Shown in pieces: positions 1 to 9,895 of a stretch of 64,000 bases of DNA. A model generated the notes under the pieces. That model saw only the letters and a list, made by a program, of their open reading frames with translations. It ran no database searches and was not told the origin of the DNA. A program made the translations under genes and the position numbers. This stretch comes from Parcubacteria group bacterium (GTDB lineage: Bacteria; Patescibacteriota; Minisyncoccia; Phycocordibacterales; 21-14-all-47-15). Numbering within the stretch: the first letter of the stretch is position 1; every line of letters starts with the position of its first letter. The stretch spans positions 33,133-97,132 of the forward strand of contig JACOYO010000001.1 of the NCBI GenBank assembly GCA_016181845.1. The letters are read 5' to 3'.

Positions 1-2
1 AA

Positions 3-410
3 TTGAAAAAAAATCCGAACGTCAAACTAATCAAGCCGAATATCAGCGGTCTTGATATCGTCGCGAAAGCAAAATTGATAATCACCATCACGAGCAGCGC
101 CGCATGGGAAGGAGTGATGTTAAAAAAACCGGCTATCGCGTTTGGCGATTGGTTTTATAATTTTCTCCCGATGGTGAAAAGATGCCGCAATATTGAAGAG
201 CTGCCTTCTTTGGTAAAAGAACAGCTTGAACATCACCAACACGATGAAGACGCTCTCTTGCTTTTCTTGGCGGCTATCTTTGAAGACTCCATATCCATAG
301 ACATGGTTCGCATCTGGGAACAGGAGCAGGATGAGGCAAAAAAGCGCGAGCTACTTGAACCGCTTGCGGATTTATTGGCAAAAAAGATTGGTTTGGGTTT
401 AATAAATTGA
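3..410 (+). CDS. C-terminal fragment of a capsule-polysaccharide-biosynthesis-like protein (KpsS/LpsZ-like family); 5' end cut by the window edge
   Basis: ORF runs from the window start with no upstream start codon. Family assignment by weak recall only; position in a polysaccharide locus. Confidence 0.35.
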   Translation: MKKNPNVKLIKPNISGLDIVAKAKLIITITSSAAWEGVMLKKPAIAFGDWFYNFLPMVKRCRNIEELPSLVKEQLEHHQHDEDALLLFLAAIFEDSISIDMVRIWEQEQDEAKKRELLEPLADLLAKKIGLGLIN

Positions 411-546
411 ATTACAAAACTCGCCGAAATCATAGTTTTTGAGAGACATTGCGGAGTGTCGCAACGCGAGCATAGCAAATTCTGCTCGCAAGCAGAATTA
501 TGCGCGTCTATCAAAAACTTATGATGAGGAAAGAGTTTTGTAATTA
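409..546. repeat. MITE-like intergenic repeat element, copy E1 (family also at 22994-23132, 31938-32168, 39235-39362)
   Basis: Shares the 5' module CATAGTTTTTGAGAGACATTGCGGAG and a 3' module ATGCGCGTCTATCAAAAAC..ATGATGAGGAA..GAGTTTTGTAATT with the other copies. Terminal inverted repeat ATTACAAAACTC / GAGTTTTGTAAT. Internal 9-bp hairpin AATTCTGCT-cgca-AGCAGAATT. Confidence 0.7.
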
Positions 547-563
547 AAAGTTAATACAAAAAA

Positions 564-1439
564 GTGGAAATCGTTAATACCATACGAAAAATATACAGAA
601 GACATATCCGCCTGCCGTGGTTGGATGCTTTTATCTACATAGTGCTTGATGCGCTTACAAATACGTACGCTTTTCTTGCACGCTTTGCTTTCCCGTCAAA
701 TTACATACGAAGGTGGAAATTAAACATGCTTTTTGGAAAATACGAGCCGGAAACGTATTCTTTTTTTAAAAGACTAATAAAACCGGGAATGATAGTGGTT
801 GATATCGGCGCGCACATCGGATACTTCACCCGCCTATTCTCTCGGTTAGCCGAACGCAACGGTTTTGTATACGCTCTGGAAGCCGACCCGGAAAATTTTT
901 CTCTTTTGAAAAAAAACACCGGACATTTGAAAAATGTAACGCTTCTCCAATTGGCGGTTTCAGATAAAACCGGAAGTATCAATTTTTATCGCAGTGAAAA
1001 AACCGGATGCCATAGCACCATAAAAGACACGGCGCAACACAAAGAAACCATCACCGTTGCATCTTCCGATTTGGACAGAATTTTGGACGAGAGACAAGTC
1101 CAAAAAGTGGACGTGATAAAAATGGATATAGAGGGTGGAGAATTAAACGCATTAAAAGGAATGCAAAAAACACTGAGCGCAAATCGCAACTTATCTCTCA
1201 TCATTGAATTTAACCCGAGATGTCTCAAGCAAACCGCCATCACCCCGAGAGCATTTATAATCTACCTATCGGACTTGGGATTTTATATCTACGCCATTCA
1301 TCAAGACGCACTCATCCACATAACAGCCACCGAACCCGAGCCCGAAAAATATCTATTGCCTGGGGCGACCTTTGTAAATTTGTATTGTAAAAAAAATAAT
1401 AACCAATTACTTGCGGGGGTTGACAAAACAAAAATATAA
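564..1439 (+). CDS. FkbM-family SAM-dependent methyltransferase
   Basis: Motifs VVDIGAHIGYFT and IKMDIEGGE are typical of the FkbM family. The true start may be an internal Met near position 727. Confidence 0.7.
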   Translation: MEIVNTIRKIYRRHIRLPWLDAFIYIVLDALTNTYAFLARFAFPSNYIRRWKLNMLFGKYEPETYSFFKRLIKPGMIVVDIGAHIGYFTRLFSRLAERNGFVYALEADPENFSLLKKNTGHLKNVTLLQLAVSDKTGSINFYRSEKTGCHSTIKDTAQHKETITVASSDLDRILDERQVQKVDVIKMDIEGGELNALKGMQKTLSANRNLSLIIEFNPRCLKQTAITPRAFIIYLSDLGFYIYAIHQDALIHITATEPEPEKYLLPGATFVNLYCKKNNNQLLAGVDKTKI

Positions 1440-1459
1440 ATGTACATAATAGACTAGAT

Positions 1460-2302
1460 ATGTATTCCCCAAAATATAATCAGGAGGGTCCCATGAAACA
1501 GACATCTCTTTCATCTCAAGAGGAGTTATTTGACAATCAAAAGAAGCGCTATTTTACGAATCTTTCGATACAGATGCGCGATGCTTTTAAACTACATCGC
1601 AACGCCGGACTTTGGGAGCGAGTAAATGGCAAACGAGACTGGGGTAATGTTTCGGAACACTGCTTGGTGGAAACCGCGCGTGTGGAAATATTAGCCGCAT
1701 GGTTGCGTCTGGACGAACAAATGAAAAGCCACCTAAAAACCGCTGCGGCCTTACATGATTTTTTCAAAAAAAGAGAAAAGGAGATAGCCGCATCGGAAGA
1801 ATATAGTTGGCATGGTTTTGAAAAGGCTGAGGCAGAATCGGAGCGCCTTTTGAAAGAGGCGGGGTTTGACAAGAGTATTGTACGTATCGCCGGATCGGTC
1901 GGGCACAGTTCATTGCTTGATATGCAAAAAATAATGGCACAAGCAAGGCCATCTGGAGAAGACATCGCCTGCATGATTATGCATTATGTTGATGATTATA
2001 CGTCCGGCAGTGTATGGGTAAAACCAGCAGAAATGTCCAACGGCGAAAATATCAATGATTTGGATAAACGCATAGCAAGCGCTGAACAAAACCAACGATA
2101 TACAAAAATAAATCTGTACGGGAAAGAAAATAATCTCTTCGAGAAAGGCGAGACCACCTATCAGGCGCAACGGCGGATAGGGCATCTGGTAGAATCAAAA
2201 TTAGCCAAACTAATGAGTGCCACTACAGGCAAAACTATAGCGCCACTTGATTTGCCTGAACTGATAGATAACGCGATACGTGAAAAAATCACCTCTAATT
2301 AA
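1460..2302 (+). CDS. HD-domain phosphohydrolase-like hypothetical protein
   Basis: His ... His-Asp spacing (SEHCL ... AALHDFF ... GHSS ... HYVDD) consistent with an HD domain. No firmer assignment. Confidence 0.4.
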   Translation: MYSPKYNQEGPMKQTSLSSQEELFDNQKKRYFTNLSIQMRDAFKLHRNAGLWERVNGKRDWGNVSEHCLVETARVEILAAWLRLDEQMKSHLKTAAALHDFFKKREKEIAASEEYSWHGFEKAEAESERLLKEAGFDKSIVRIAGSVGHSSLLDMQKIMAQARPSGEDIACMIMHYVDDYTSGSVWVKPAEMSNGENINDLDKRIASAEQNQRYTKINLYGKENNLFEKGETTYQAQRRIGHLVESKLAKLMSATTGKTIAPLDLPELIDNAIREKITSN

Positions 2303-2311
2303 CCTCTTTGT

Positions 2312-2341
2312 AAAAAACCGCGAGGTATCGCGGTTTTTTTA
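2312..2341. terminator. Bidirectional rho-independent terminator
   Basis: AAAAA-ACCGCGA-ggta-TCGCGGT-TTTTTTT hairpin between convergent genes (1460-2302 plus strand, 2351-2842 minus strand). Confidence 0.6.
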
Positions 2342-2350
2342 TACAACCCT

Positions 2351-2842
2351 TTAAAGAAGCTTTTTAATTTTTTTGATAATGCCCATAGTGGAAATATTTT
2401 CAAACTCAGTGGGACATTGTCTATCTAAAACAACCATCCTTATTCCGCGCTTGCTTGTTGCTTCTTCCCGCATTTCTTTATACGGGGCATCCTTATTTAT
2501 TATGTAAATATCGGGACGAAGAAGGTCTAATATTTTTTCGTCCAACCAAACATGCTCGGGTGTTAATGTATCCAAAAAACAATAATCAACTGATTTCAAC
2601 GAATCTACACTCTTTAGTCTTATATGTTCATTTAAAATCGGTCGGTTTGCACCTTTATATTTTTTAATTATAGCGTCACTTCCAACCGCGACAACCAATA
2701 TATCTCCGTACTGTTTACAATCTTCAAAAAATAGAGCATGCCCGGCATGTGTCAAATCAAAAGTACCGGTGCATAAAACTATTTTTTTATTTTGTGATTG
2801 TTGCCGTATGATAGGCAAATCATCATAACTAATGTAAGCCAT
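2351..2842 (-). CDS. Cytidylyltransferase-like nucleotidyltransferase (TagD / HldE-domain-II family)
   Basis: CTGTFDLTHAGH (HxGH nucleotidyltransferase signature) near the N-terminus; ~160 aa. Confidence 0.7.
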   Translation of the reverse strand: MAYISYDDLPIIRQQSQNKKIVLCTGTFDLTHAGHALFFEDCKQYGDILVVAVGSDAIIKKYKGANRPILNEHIRLKSVDSLKSVDYCFLDTLTPEHVWLDEKILDLLRPDIYIINKDAPYKEMREEATSKRGIRMVVLDRQCPTEFENISTMGIIKKIKKLL

Positions 2843-2843
2843 A

Positions 2844-4013
2844 TCAAATTACGCCAACAATAACTTTATTTAATTTCCGCCCCAAAACGCGATAATCCAA
2901 ACGCTTCGCACGAGTTAAAATATCTTTGGATAATTTGGTCCTCAAACGCTCATCCTCTCCGAGCCGATGGAGCTTTTCCGACAAATCTTTTGCGTCATCG
3001 GGCTTAAAAGTCAGCGCGGAACCTTCAGTCAACCATTCAAGCGCCCCTCCTCCTGGAATAATGCAGGGCATGCCAAACGCCATCGCTTCGGTCAGAAGCG
3101 CCGAGCCGTATTCAATCCACCATTTGGGGAAAATAAAAATCTGTGACGCGAGGAAAAAGTCAAACATTTTGTCTCTTGCCACCCAACCGGGAAATGAAAA
3201 ATATTTTCCCAAACCTGTCTCGCGCACCATTGCCTCAAGGCGTTCTTTGTCCGGCCCCCCGCCGCTCATGACAACACGATATTTTTCTTTATCCGGCAAA
3301 TCCGCAAAAGCCTTGATAACCAAATCAAATCCTTTTTCTTTAAACATCCTGCCGGTGCAAAATATGTTTACCATATCACTGGAATGCTGACGTTTTTCTA
3401 ATACCGCATCGGTAATATGGTTTCGTTCAATAATTCCCTCCATATCGACAAAATCTTCTATGACCGAGCATTTTTTGCCGTCTATGCCGAAATCTGTATA
3501 CATTTTTTGCACCATCGGCGTATTAAAAATGAACGCATCAAGATAATTGGCTATTGGGATACCAAATAGATGCTCCAAAAAAACTCTCATTTTCTTTTTC
3601 ACCGATTTCAGGAAAGACACCCGCTCCGGATTCCCCGTCATGTCCGCCCAGCAATTAAGCCTGATGTTAAAAAACGCCACTACCGGCTTTTTGCCGCCGA
3701 GCATCCGATACAGCCCGCCTCCGTACAAAAACATGTGCCCGTCTATATAAAAAGCGTCCGCGTCTTTTTCGTATTTTTTAAGCAAGCCATAGATGCCCTT
3801 CTGCATACTGAGTAAATTCCCTTTGGGCGCAATGTTTTCCTTTTTAACCGGATACGGTAAGTCAATCGTAATATTATTGGCACGAGAAAAAGCGGTCACG
3901 ACGGTGACCTCGTGCCCATGGTCAAGCAGACTTTTTGCTTTCCAGTGCAAATCCAGCACCGAGCCGCCCGCGGTTTCAAAATTCAGTTTTGAGGTAATTA
4001 AAATAATTCTCAC
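2844..4013 (-). CDS. Glycosyltransferase family 1 (GT4)
   Basis: GT-B C-terminal domain with an E..PL..EA-type motif region (EYGSALLTEAMAFGMPCI); ~390 aa. Confidence 0.75.
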   Translation of the reverse strand: MRIILITSKLNFETAGGSVLDLHWKAKSLLDHGHEVTVVTAFSRANNITIDLPYPVKKENIAPKGNLLSMQKGIYGLLKKYEKDADAFYIDGHMFLYGGGLYRMLGGKKPVVAFFNIRLNCWADMTGNPERVSFLKSVKKKMRVFLEHLFGIPIANYLDAFIFNTPMVQKMYTDFGIDGKKCSVIEDFVDMEGIIERNHITDAVLEKRQHSSDMVNIFCTGRMFKEKGFDLVIKAFADLPDKEKYRVVMSGGGPDKERLEAMVRETGLGKYFSFPGWVARDKMFDFFLASQIFIFPKWWIEYGSALLTEAMAFGMPCIIPGGGALEWLTEGSALTFKPDDAKDLSEKLHRLGEDERLRTKLSKDILTRAKRLDYRVLGRKLNKVIVGVI

Positions 4014-4390
4014 AAATTTACTTTGTCATTCATAAACGGTCCGTTTTTAATCTCAAAAATTTCCGAGTCTTCAAGCATCGTTATCGCGTGTCCGCCGGAA
4101 ACAAAAAGAAACGCCTCTCCGGCTTTTATGGGTACTGACGCCAGCCATTTTTTATTCGGAGTGTATAAATCGATTTTGACTTTACCTTTCCTGACAACCA
4201 AACACTCTTGGAGACTGGCGGTCGTTCTCTTTTTTGGAATGTGGGTATGCGGTTTTATTGAAACTCCCTTTTTATGCTTGAGGGTTAAAACCTGTAGGGC
4301 TTCAGAATCTCTGGTGATTGGGGTTACGTCCTGATTAAATTTTTGAATATGAATCCCTATGATTTCCTTTTTGTTTCTAAATACTTTCAT
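4010..4390 (-). CDS. Small cupin-fold protein (WbuC/FdtA-like), function unclear
   Basis: 126 aa; a His cluster (KPHTHIP) and beta-rich sequence typical of small cupins found in O-antigen loci. Overlaps neighbouring genes by 4 nt (operon). Confidence 0.35.
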   Translation of the reverse strand: MKVFRNKKEIIGIHIQKFNQDVTPITRDSEALQVLTLKHKKGVSIKPHTHIPKKRTTASLQECLVVRKGKVKIDLYTPNKKWLASVPIKAGEAFLFVSGGHAITMLEDSEIFEIKNGPFMNDKVNL

Positions 4391-4394
4391 GCGG

Positions 4395-5462
4395 CTAATC
4401 TATGCTAATACGTCTCCCTGGAGCAATCGAGGTGTGCAGTTCGGATTCTCGCTCGGCATGTTTTAAATCCGCTTCCGCCATCATTTGTGCCAATTTTTTA
4501 AAAGTAATTTTTGGTTTCCAACTCAAGACTTTCCGCGCTTTTCTTGGGTCTCCCAACAGTAAATCAACCTCGTTTGGTCTGAAATGTTTCGGGTCAATCT
4601 TGATAATAGTCTTGCCTGTTTTTCGGTCAACTCCCGTTTCTTTCAAGCCCCTGCCACGCCATACAATATCCATACCTAAATGATTCGCCGCCTCTTCGAC
4701 AAATTCCCGCACCGTGTGAGTCTCGCCGGTCGCAATCACGAAATCATCAGGCTTTTTGTGCTGTAAAATCTTCCATACAGCCTCCATATAATCTTTCGAG
4801 TATCCCCAGTCGCGTTTTGCATCAAGATTTCCAAGCATAAGCACCGGCTCAAGACCAAGCCTCACGCGCGACAAGCCAAGAGTGATTTTTCTTGTCACGA
4901 AATTAAATCCACGCCGCGGTGACTCGTGGTTAAAGAGAATCCCATTTGAAGCAAAGATGCCGTATCCATCACGAAAAATTTTTGTAATATGAAACGCAAA
5001 TACTTTTGAAAGCCCATACGGCGATTGAGGATTGAACTTGGTATTTTCATTTTGCGGAGTAGCGAGCACCTTGCCAAACATTTCAGAAGAGCTCGCCTGA
5101 TAGTATTTTGCCGGTAAATCAAAATTACGAATGGTTTCCAAAATGCGAAGTGGCCCGAGCGCATTCACATTCGCCGTATACTCCGGTTTATCAAAACTGA
5201 TTCGCACATGGCTTTGCGCCGCAAGGTTATAGATTTCATCCGGCTCTATTTTGTGAATAATACGGACCAAGTTAGAACTGTCAGATAAATCTCCGTATGC
5301 CATAAAAAGATTCGGGTCGGACAAATGGTCCAAGCGAATAGTATTCGGCATGCTTGAACGCCGCTGAATGCCATACACCTGGTATCCCTTCTCCAAAAGA
5401 AGCTCGGTCAAATATGAGCCGTCTTGTCCTGTTATGCCTGTGATTAATGCTTTTTTTGCCAT
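4395..5462 (-). CDS. gmd: GDP-mannose 4,6-dehydratase
   Basis: N-terminus ALITGITGQDGSYLTELLLEKGYQVYGI..RRSS and overall length ~355 aa match Gmd closely. Confidence 0.9.
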   Translation of the reverse strand: MAKKALITGITGQDGSYLTELLLEKGYQVYGIQRRSSMPNTIRLDHLSDPNLFMAYGDLSDSSNLVRIIHKIEPDEIYNLAAQSHVRISFDKPEYTANVNALGPLRILETIRNFDLPAKYYQASSSEMFGKVLATPQNENTKFNPQSPYGLSKVFAFHITKIFRDGYGIFASNGILFNHESPRRGFNFVTRKITLGLSRVRLGLEPVLMLGNLDAKRDWGYSKDYMEAVWKILQHKKPDDFVIATGETHTVREFVEEAANHLGMDIVWRGRGLKETGVDRKTGKTIIKIDPKHFRPNEVDLLLGDPRKARKVLSWKPKITFKKLAQMMAEADLKHAERESELHTSIAPGRRISID

Positions 5463-5495
5463 TTGCAGAATGAAACTAAAGATTGGCTAATAATA

Positions 5496-6044
5496 TCACT
5501 TGTTTTTAATGAAGGCAATAATATCCTTTGCGCCTTGCCGTATAGCGGAATGAAAATCGGAATGACTGACGTGCTCTGGAGATACCCATTGCAATGCAGC
5601 GTATTCGTCATTTGGCTTAAGCGCTGCCATTTCCTTATCGGTAATCGTTGCAGTCATTGTTATAGAAACCGTGTGTGAACCATTCTCAATCGGCTCTTGC
5701 GCCCTTTCTCCCCAGACCAAAGAGTACGTTCCGATATAAGACAGGCGCGACACTTCAATATCCAAACTAAGTTCTTCTTTTAATTTTCTAGAAGCCGCTT
5801 CTTCAAAACTTTCTCCCGGCATCATCCGCCCGCCGATAATCCACCAATCGGGCCATGGGGCTCTTGTTCTTTTTCCAAGCAATATTTCTCCGCGATTGTT
5901 GATAACCGCAATATCGGCAGTGGCAACCACCACACTATCAAGCACTTTTGCATACTCCTCAGCACTTAAAGACGCAGCATGACGATTAAACGCGCCAGTT
6001 ACAAAATGATGGTAATTCATTTTCATATGATAACATCTCCGCAT
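5496..6044 (-). CDS. NUDIX hydrolase (GDP-mannose mannosyl hydrolase-like)
   Basis: Nudix box GGRMMPGESFEEAASRKLKEELSL. Adjacent to gmd. Start overlaps the upstream stop codon. Confidence 0.7.
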   Translation of the reverse strand: MRRCYHMKMNYHHFVTGAFNRHAASLSAEEYAKVLDSVVVATADIAVINNRGEILLGKRTRAPWPDWWIIGGRMMPGESFEEAASRKLKEELSLDIEVSRLSYIGTYSLVWGERAQEPIENGSHTVSITMTATITDKEMAALKPNDEYAALQWVSPEHVSHSDFHSAIRQGAKDIIAFIKNK

Positions 6045-6850
6045 TAAACAAAGTCACTTTTGAGTAACCCGGTATCTGTTTCTTCCAATCTCCATCCGAC
6101 CGCTCCGCAAATTTCCTTCAAGTGTCCCGCGTTAGCGGTTTTTGGTATCACAACGATATCTTGGCTGATTAACCAATTGAGCGCTATTTGAATTGGCGTT
6201 TTTTGATATTTTTTACTCAAGGTATTGAGTATTTCTTTTTGCTCGAGCGCCAGCTTTCCTTTTGCAAGCGGGCGGTGCGCAATTACTTTTATATTATTCT
6301 CTTTGCAAAACGGAATAATTTCTTTCTCCGCCGAACGTTCGAGCAAGCTGTATTCGATTTGATTTGCCGCAAGAGTCGTCTTGCTCAAATACGATTGCGC
6401 CTCCTCCATAATCGGCACGGAAAAGTTGCTGACGCCGATATGGCGCACTTTTTTATTTGATACCAATTCCTCAAGCGCCCGCATAGTCTCCAGCAAAGGC
6501 GCCGCTTCGTTCGGCCAATGAATTAAATATAGATCAATATAATCGGTCTGTAACCGTTTCAGACTTTTCTCTGCCGCTGCCAAAACAGCATCATGGCGCA
6601 GATTGGTCTTCCAGACTTTTGTAATGAGAAAAATATCTTCTCTGTTGTGTCCTTTTATGGCTTGCCCTACTATCTCCTCGGTCAACCCTTCCCCATACAA
6701 TTCTGCCGTATCAATAAGCCTTATGCCGAGAGCAAGTCCTTGTTTCAAAATAGAAATTGATTGTTCGATATTGCTTTCGTCTCTTTCATATTTTCCGCCC
6801 ATGCCCCACGTACCCATGCCAAGCGCCGGAATGTTCATTTCTTTACCCAT
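6044..6850 (-). CDS. Aldo-keto reductase
   Basis: LGMGTWGMG ... IDTAELYG ... LITKVW motifs typical of aldo-keto reductases. Confidence 0.8.
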   Translation of the reverse strand: MGKEMNIPALGMGTWGMGGKYERDESNIEQSISILKQGLALGIRLIDTAELYGEGLTEEIVGQAIKGHNREDIFLITKVWKTNLRHDAVLAAAEKSLKRLQTDYIDLYLIHWPNEAAPLLETMRALEELVSNKKVRHIGVSNFSVPIMEEAQSYLSKTTLAANQIEYSLLERSAEKEIIPFCKENNIKVIAHRPLAKGKLALEQKEILNTLSKKYQKTPIQIALNWLISQDIVVIPKTANAGHLKEICGAVGWRLEETDTGLLKSDFV

Positions 6851-6855
6851 GTTTC

Positions 6856-8094
6856 TTATACAATGATTACTGCAGGCGTTGGTATGATAAATTTCCCCTT
6901 ATATCCGGCACCCCTTATTTTCGGAATCAATTCATCTGCAATGTTCCAGGAAAGGAGGAGCGCGTATTCCGGTTGGTCAACAAATAAACGGCTTTCCGGC
7001 ACGACGGGGATGCGTGTGCCGGGCGCAAAAAGACCGATTTTTAATGGGCTTTTTTCAACCAAATAATCAACGAGGCCAGGATTTGATGCGCAAAAATTGA
7101 GAAGCGTATTGCCTTTTGCCGGCGCGCCGATACCGACAACCCGCTTCCCCATACCCCGCTGTTCGGAAATGAATTTTTGAATGGAAATTTTATTTTGATT
7201 TGCCTTTTCGGCAAAATCGGCATATGTTTCTTTTTTATACAACCCCGCCGCTTCTTCTTTGTTGATAAGATGTTCAACAGTATCAAGCACTTTATGAGCC
7301 CCCTTTTTTGCTGCATAGATGCGGATTGAGCCGCCATGGGTAGAAATTTTTTCCGCATCAAACATTTCCAGCCCGTGAGCCGCAAACAACATCTTGAGCG
7401 GTTTCAATGAATAATACCGCAAGTGCTCATGATACACGGCGTCATATTGCAGTTTGGTAATCATATCGAGCAAATACCCCGATTCCGATACAAACACTCC
7501 ATCCTGAGTAAGCAGTTCCGCAACGCCGGCCAAAAAATCATTCAGTTTATTAACATGAGCAAAAACATTCGTTGCAGTTATTATTTTCGCATTGCCGTAT
7601 TTTTTCTCCACTTGCATAGCCACTGTCTTGGAAAAAAAATCAACGAGAGTCGGTATGTTATTTTTCAAAGCCAATTGAGCCGAGCTTGACGGGTCAATTC
7701 CTAAAATTTTCACACCGTACGGCACATAATTCGATAAAAGTGTCCCGTCGTTTGAACCGATATCAATTGCAAAATCGGTATTTTTTAATTGGAAACGCTC
7801 TATCAAGGTCTCAACGAGATTGTAAAAATTAACCTTGAGACTGTTGTTGGTCGCAGTATTGTATACATAATCCACAAACAATTTTTCCGGCGGAACAATA
7901 TGGTTTAGCTGAACCAAACCGCATGTCTCGCAAAAACAAAGTTCAAGCGGATATGTCGCTTCCGGTTTGCAAAGGTCTTCTGATTTCAAAAAAGCATCGC
8001 TTGGCGGCTGGTGCCCCAAATCAAGGAAATTAAAGAAGGTTGTGTTGTCGCAAATAAAACAATGCATGCCATTACTTATCAAATCGATAGACAA
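6856..8094 (-). CDS. SAM-dependent C-methyltransferase (TylCIII/NovU-like; N-terminal Zn-binding domain, C-terminal C-methyltransferase domain)
   Basis: N-terminal C-x2-C ... C-x2-C (CFICDN ... CFCETCG). Central DIGSNDG SAM-binding motif. ~410 aa architecture of NDP-hexose C-methyltransferases. Confidence 0.7.
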   Translation of the reverse strand: MSIDLISNGMHCFICDNTTFFNFLDLGHQPPSDAFLKSEDLCKPEATYPLELCFCETCGLVQLNHIVPPEKLFVDYVYNTATNNSLKVNFYNLVETLIERFQLKNTDFAIDIGSNDGTLLSNYVPYGVKILGIDPSSSAQLALKNNIPTLVDFFSKTVAMQVEKKYGNAKIITATNVFAHVNKLNDFLAGVAELLTQDGVFVSESGYLLDMITKLQYDAVYHEHLRYYSLKPLKMLFAAHGLEMFDAEKISTHGGSIRIYAAKKGAHKVLDTVEHLINKEEAAGLYKKETYADFAEKANQNKISIQKFISEQRGMGKRVVGIGAPAKGNTLLNFCASNPGLVDYLVEKSPLKIGLFAPGTRIPVVPESRLFVDQPEYALLLSWNIADELIPKIRGAGYKGKFIIPTPAVIIV

Positions 8095-9895
8095 ATAAAT
8101 TATTATCCTGAAAAACTATGTTCGGCCCATGAAGTTCATTCAATATCTTTTGGGGTAATGTCCCTTGAGACACGATGTAGTCAAGACGATAGGTACGGAG
8201 CATGTCTTCAAGATTGATAGCCGCCAATCGCCGATATATGTCGGCAAAATTGCCTATGCGTTCGTCCAATGACCGGCTTACGAAATCGGGAAAATCTGAA
8301 ACACCATATAAATCTTTCCAATCTGAAAAAATAAAATCCCTCGCCTCCACTATATGCTCTTTTACATATTCTTCAATGTGGTCATCGGTAATACCCCGCA
8401 TGCGAAGCTGAACTGCGTAATTATAATATGACCGCTCAATCGGCATGAGTGAAAATGACCATGGGGAAGCATAAACGTCGCAATGGGTAAACGCCGGTAT
8501 CAAACCAATTATTACATATGGTTCTTTCTCATTCTCGTTGGCCAAAACAACGCAATTTTTTTCTTGTTCATCAAGCCACTTGAGCGTCGGCCAAAATAGC
8601 TGGAGATTCGCGTCGTATTGATAAAATCGATTGAACGTACCTGCTTGAATATATACGCCATACACTAGAGGAACAGCCACCGCAAAAAAAACACCGATTG
8701 CCCATATAGCCCGCAACTGATGCCTTACTATGCGATACCAAAGCACCATTAACACGATCATGGCGAGCGGGATAGAATACTGCACAAAATGATAGGGCCA
8801 GACCGTTTGTCCGGTGATAATCTGCTGGCTATATGCCCAGAGCGATCCCAAAATAAAAGCAAGGGTAAACAAATGCCAATCCTCTATAAACCCTGTTGTT
8901 TTTTGTTCTACTAACTTTGTGTTTTTTCTATCTCGTATAAATTGCCATCCTACAAAAACCGCATACACAATCAAAACCAGAAAGAGCAATTTGTTCATAA
9001 GCGGGTAATGTGTATAAAAAATACCATTCCGTAAAAGAGCTTCTGCGTACCATGGACTTTTGCTTGCTTGCCAAACAAGGTACCAATACGGAAGGGTCAT
9101 CAAAAAAGCATACCCCGCAAGAACTCCCATGCTTTTGACAATCGTATATTCTTTTTTAAGAACATACATCAGGGCAAGCATAACAAGAATGGATACTGCT
9201 ATCCCCCAGCTGAAAAAATAACTCCCCACCATCAGTGCAAGAAAAATAGCCGCGCTTAAAAGCGCTCTTTTGTGCGGTCTTTCGTTTCTTATATTCGCTA
9301 TCATACGCCACAGAGAACCGAGAAAAGCCATGAGCAGAAGCGCTCCTAAAACAGGGTTAATGGGCCGAGCCCAAATCAAGAAACCGGCTGGGCTTGCGGA
9401 ACCGCTAAGAAAAGCAAGAAGACTTCTGTAATCAATCAGGTCATAACCGAGAGTAACGAGCAACGCGCCGGCAATCGCATTGATTTTTGCAAAAAAGGAA
9501 TCATCGTCTTCAAAAAGTTTGAGTAGAAGCGCATAAACCAAAAGAAACAAAATGAGCGGTAAAAAAAATTGGCTCGCAACAATAACGGCGGCTGGTTTTA
9601 CTTCAAATAACATCGCTGGGACCGCATACAGCATTTCTCCAACCGGCGGGGCAAGAGGAGTTTGGTTTTTGTATTCATAGAAAGCCTGTGACCCAACGAG
9701 CGGATGCCCATCGAGAATTTCTTGTATTCTTGCTATATAAAAATCATCATTCGCCGTATGCATCATCGGTATTCCGCGATACTCATCTCCCAAAGATAGT
9801 ATGAAAAAGATATTTGGTGCTACGTAAACAAACCCCACAAACAACGCCACCAAAATAGCTATATGATGTTCTTTGAAATAATCTTTGATGCTCAT
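8072..9895 (-). CDS. Polytopic membrane protein, possible GT-C-type glycosyl transferase/polymerase (function unknown)
   Basis: More than 12 predicted transmembrane helices followed by a ~200-aa soluble C-terminal domain. Embedded in a glycan operon. Overlaps the flanking genes. Confidence 0.35.
   Translation of the reverse strand: MSIKDYFKEHHIAILVALFVGFVYVAPNIFFILSLGDEYRGIPMMHTANDDFYIARIQEILDGHPLVGSQAFYEYKNQTPLAPPVGEMLYAVPAMLFEVKPAAVIVASQFFLPLILFLLVYALLLKLFEDDDSFFAKINAIAGALLVTLGYDLIDYRSLLAFLSGSASPAGFLIWARPINPVLGALLLMAFLGSLWRMIANIRNERPHKRALLSAAIFLALMVGSYFFSWGIAVSILVMLALMYVLKKEYTIVKSMGVLAGYAFLMTLPYWYLVWQASKSPWYAEALLRNGIFYTHYPLMNKLLFLVLIVYAVFVGWQFIRDRKNTKLVEQKTTGFIEDWHLFTLAFILGSLWAYSQQIITGQTVWPYHFVQYSIPLAMIVLMVLWYRIVRHQLRAIWAIGVFFAVAVPLVYGVYIQAGTFNRFYQYDANLQLFWPTLKWLDEQEKNCVVLANENEKEPYVIIGLIPAFTHCDVYASPWSFSLMPIERSYYNYAVQLRMRGITDDHIEEYVKEHIVEARDFIFSDWKDLYGVSDFPDFVSRSLDERIGNFADIYRRLAAINLEDMLRTYRLDYIVSQGTLPQKILNELHGPNIVFQDNNLFVYRFDK

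Noticed and set aside
233-514. 93-aa minus-strand ORF and many other 60-150-aa ORFs antisense to or overlapping large confident genes (for example 701-982, 1549-1974, 2926-3390, 10656-10958, 33957-34412, 47581-48057, 52300-52596)
   Set aside because: Embedded in or antisense to well-supported CDSs. Low-complexity or Arg/Ser-rich translations typical of out-of-frame reads. No independent signals.
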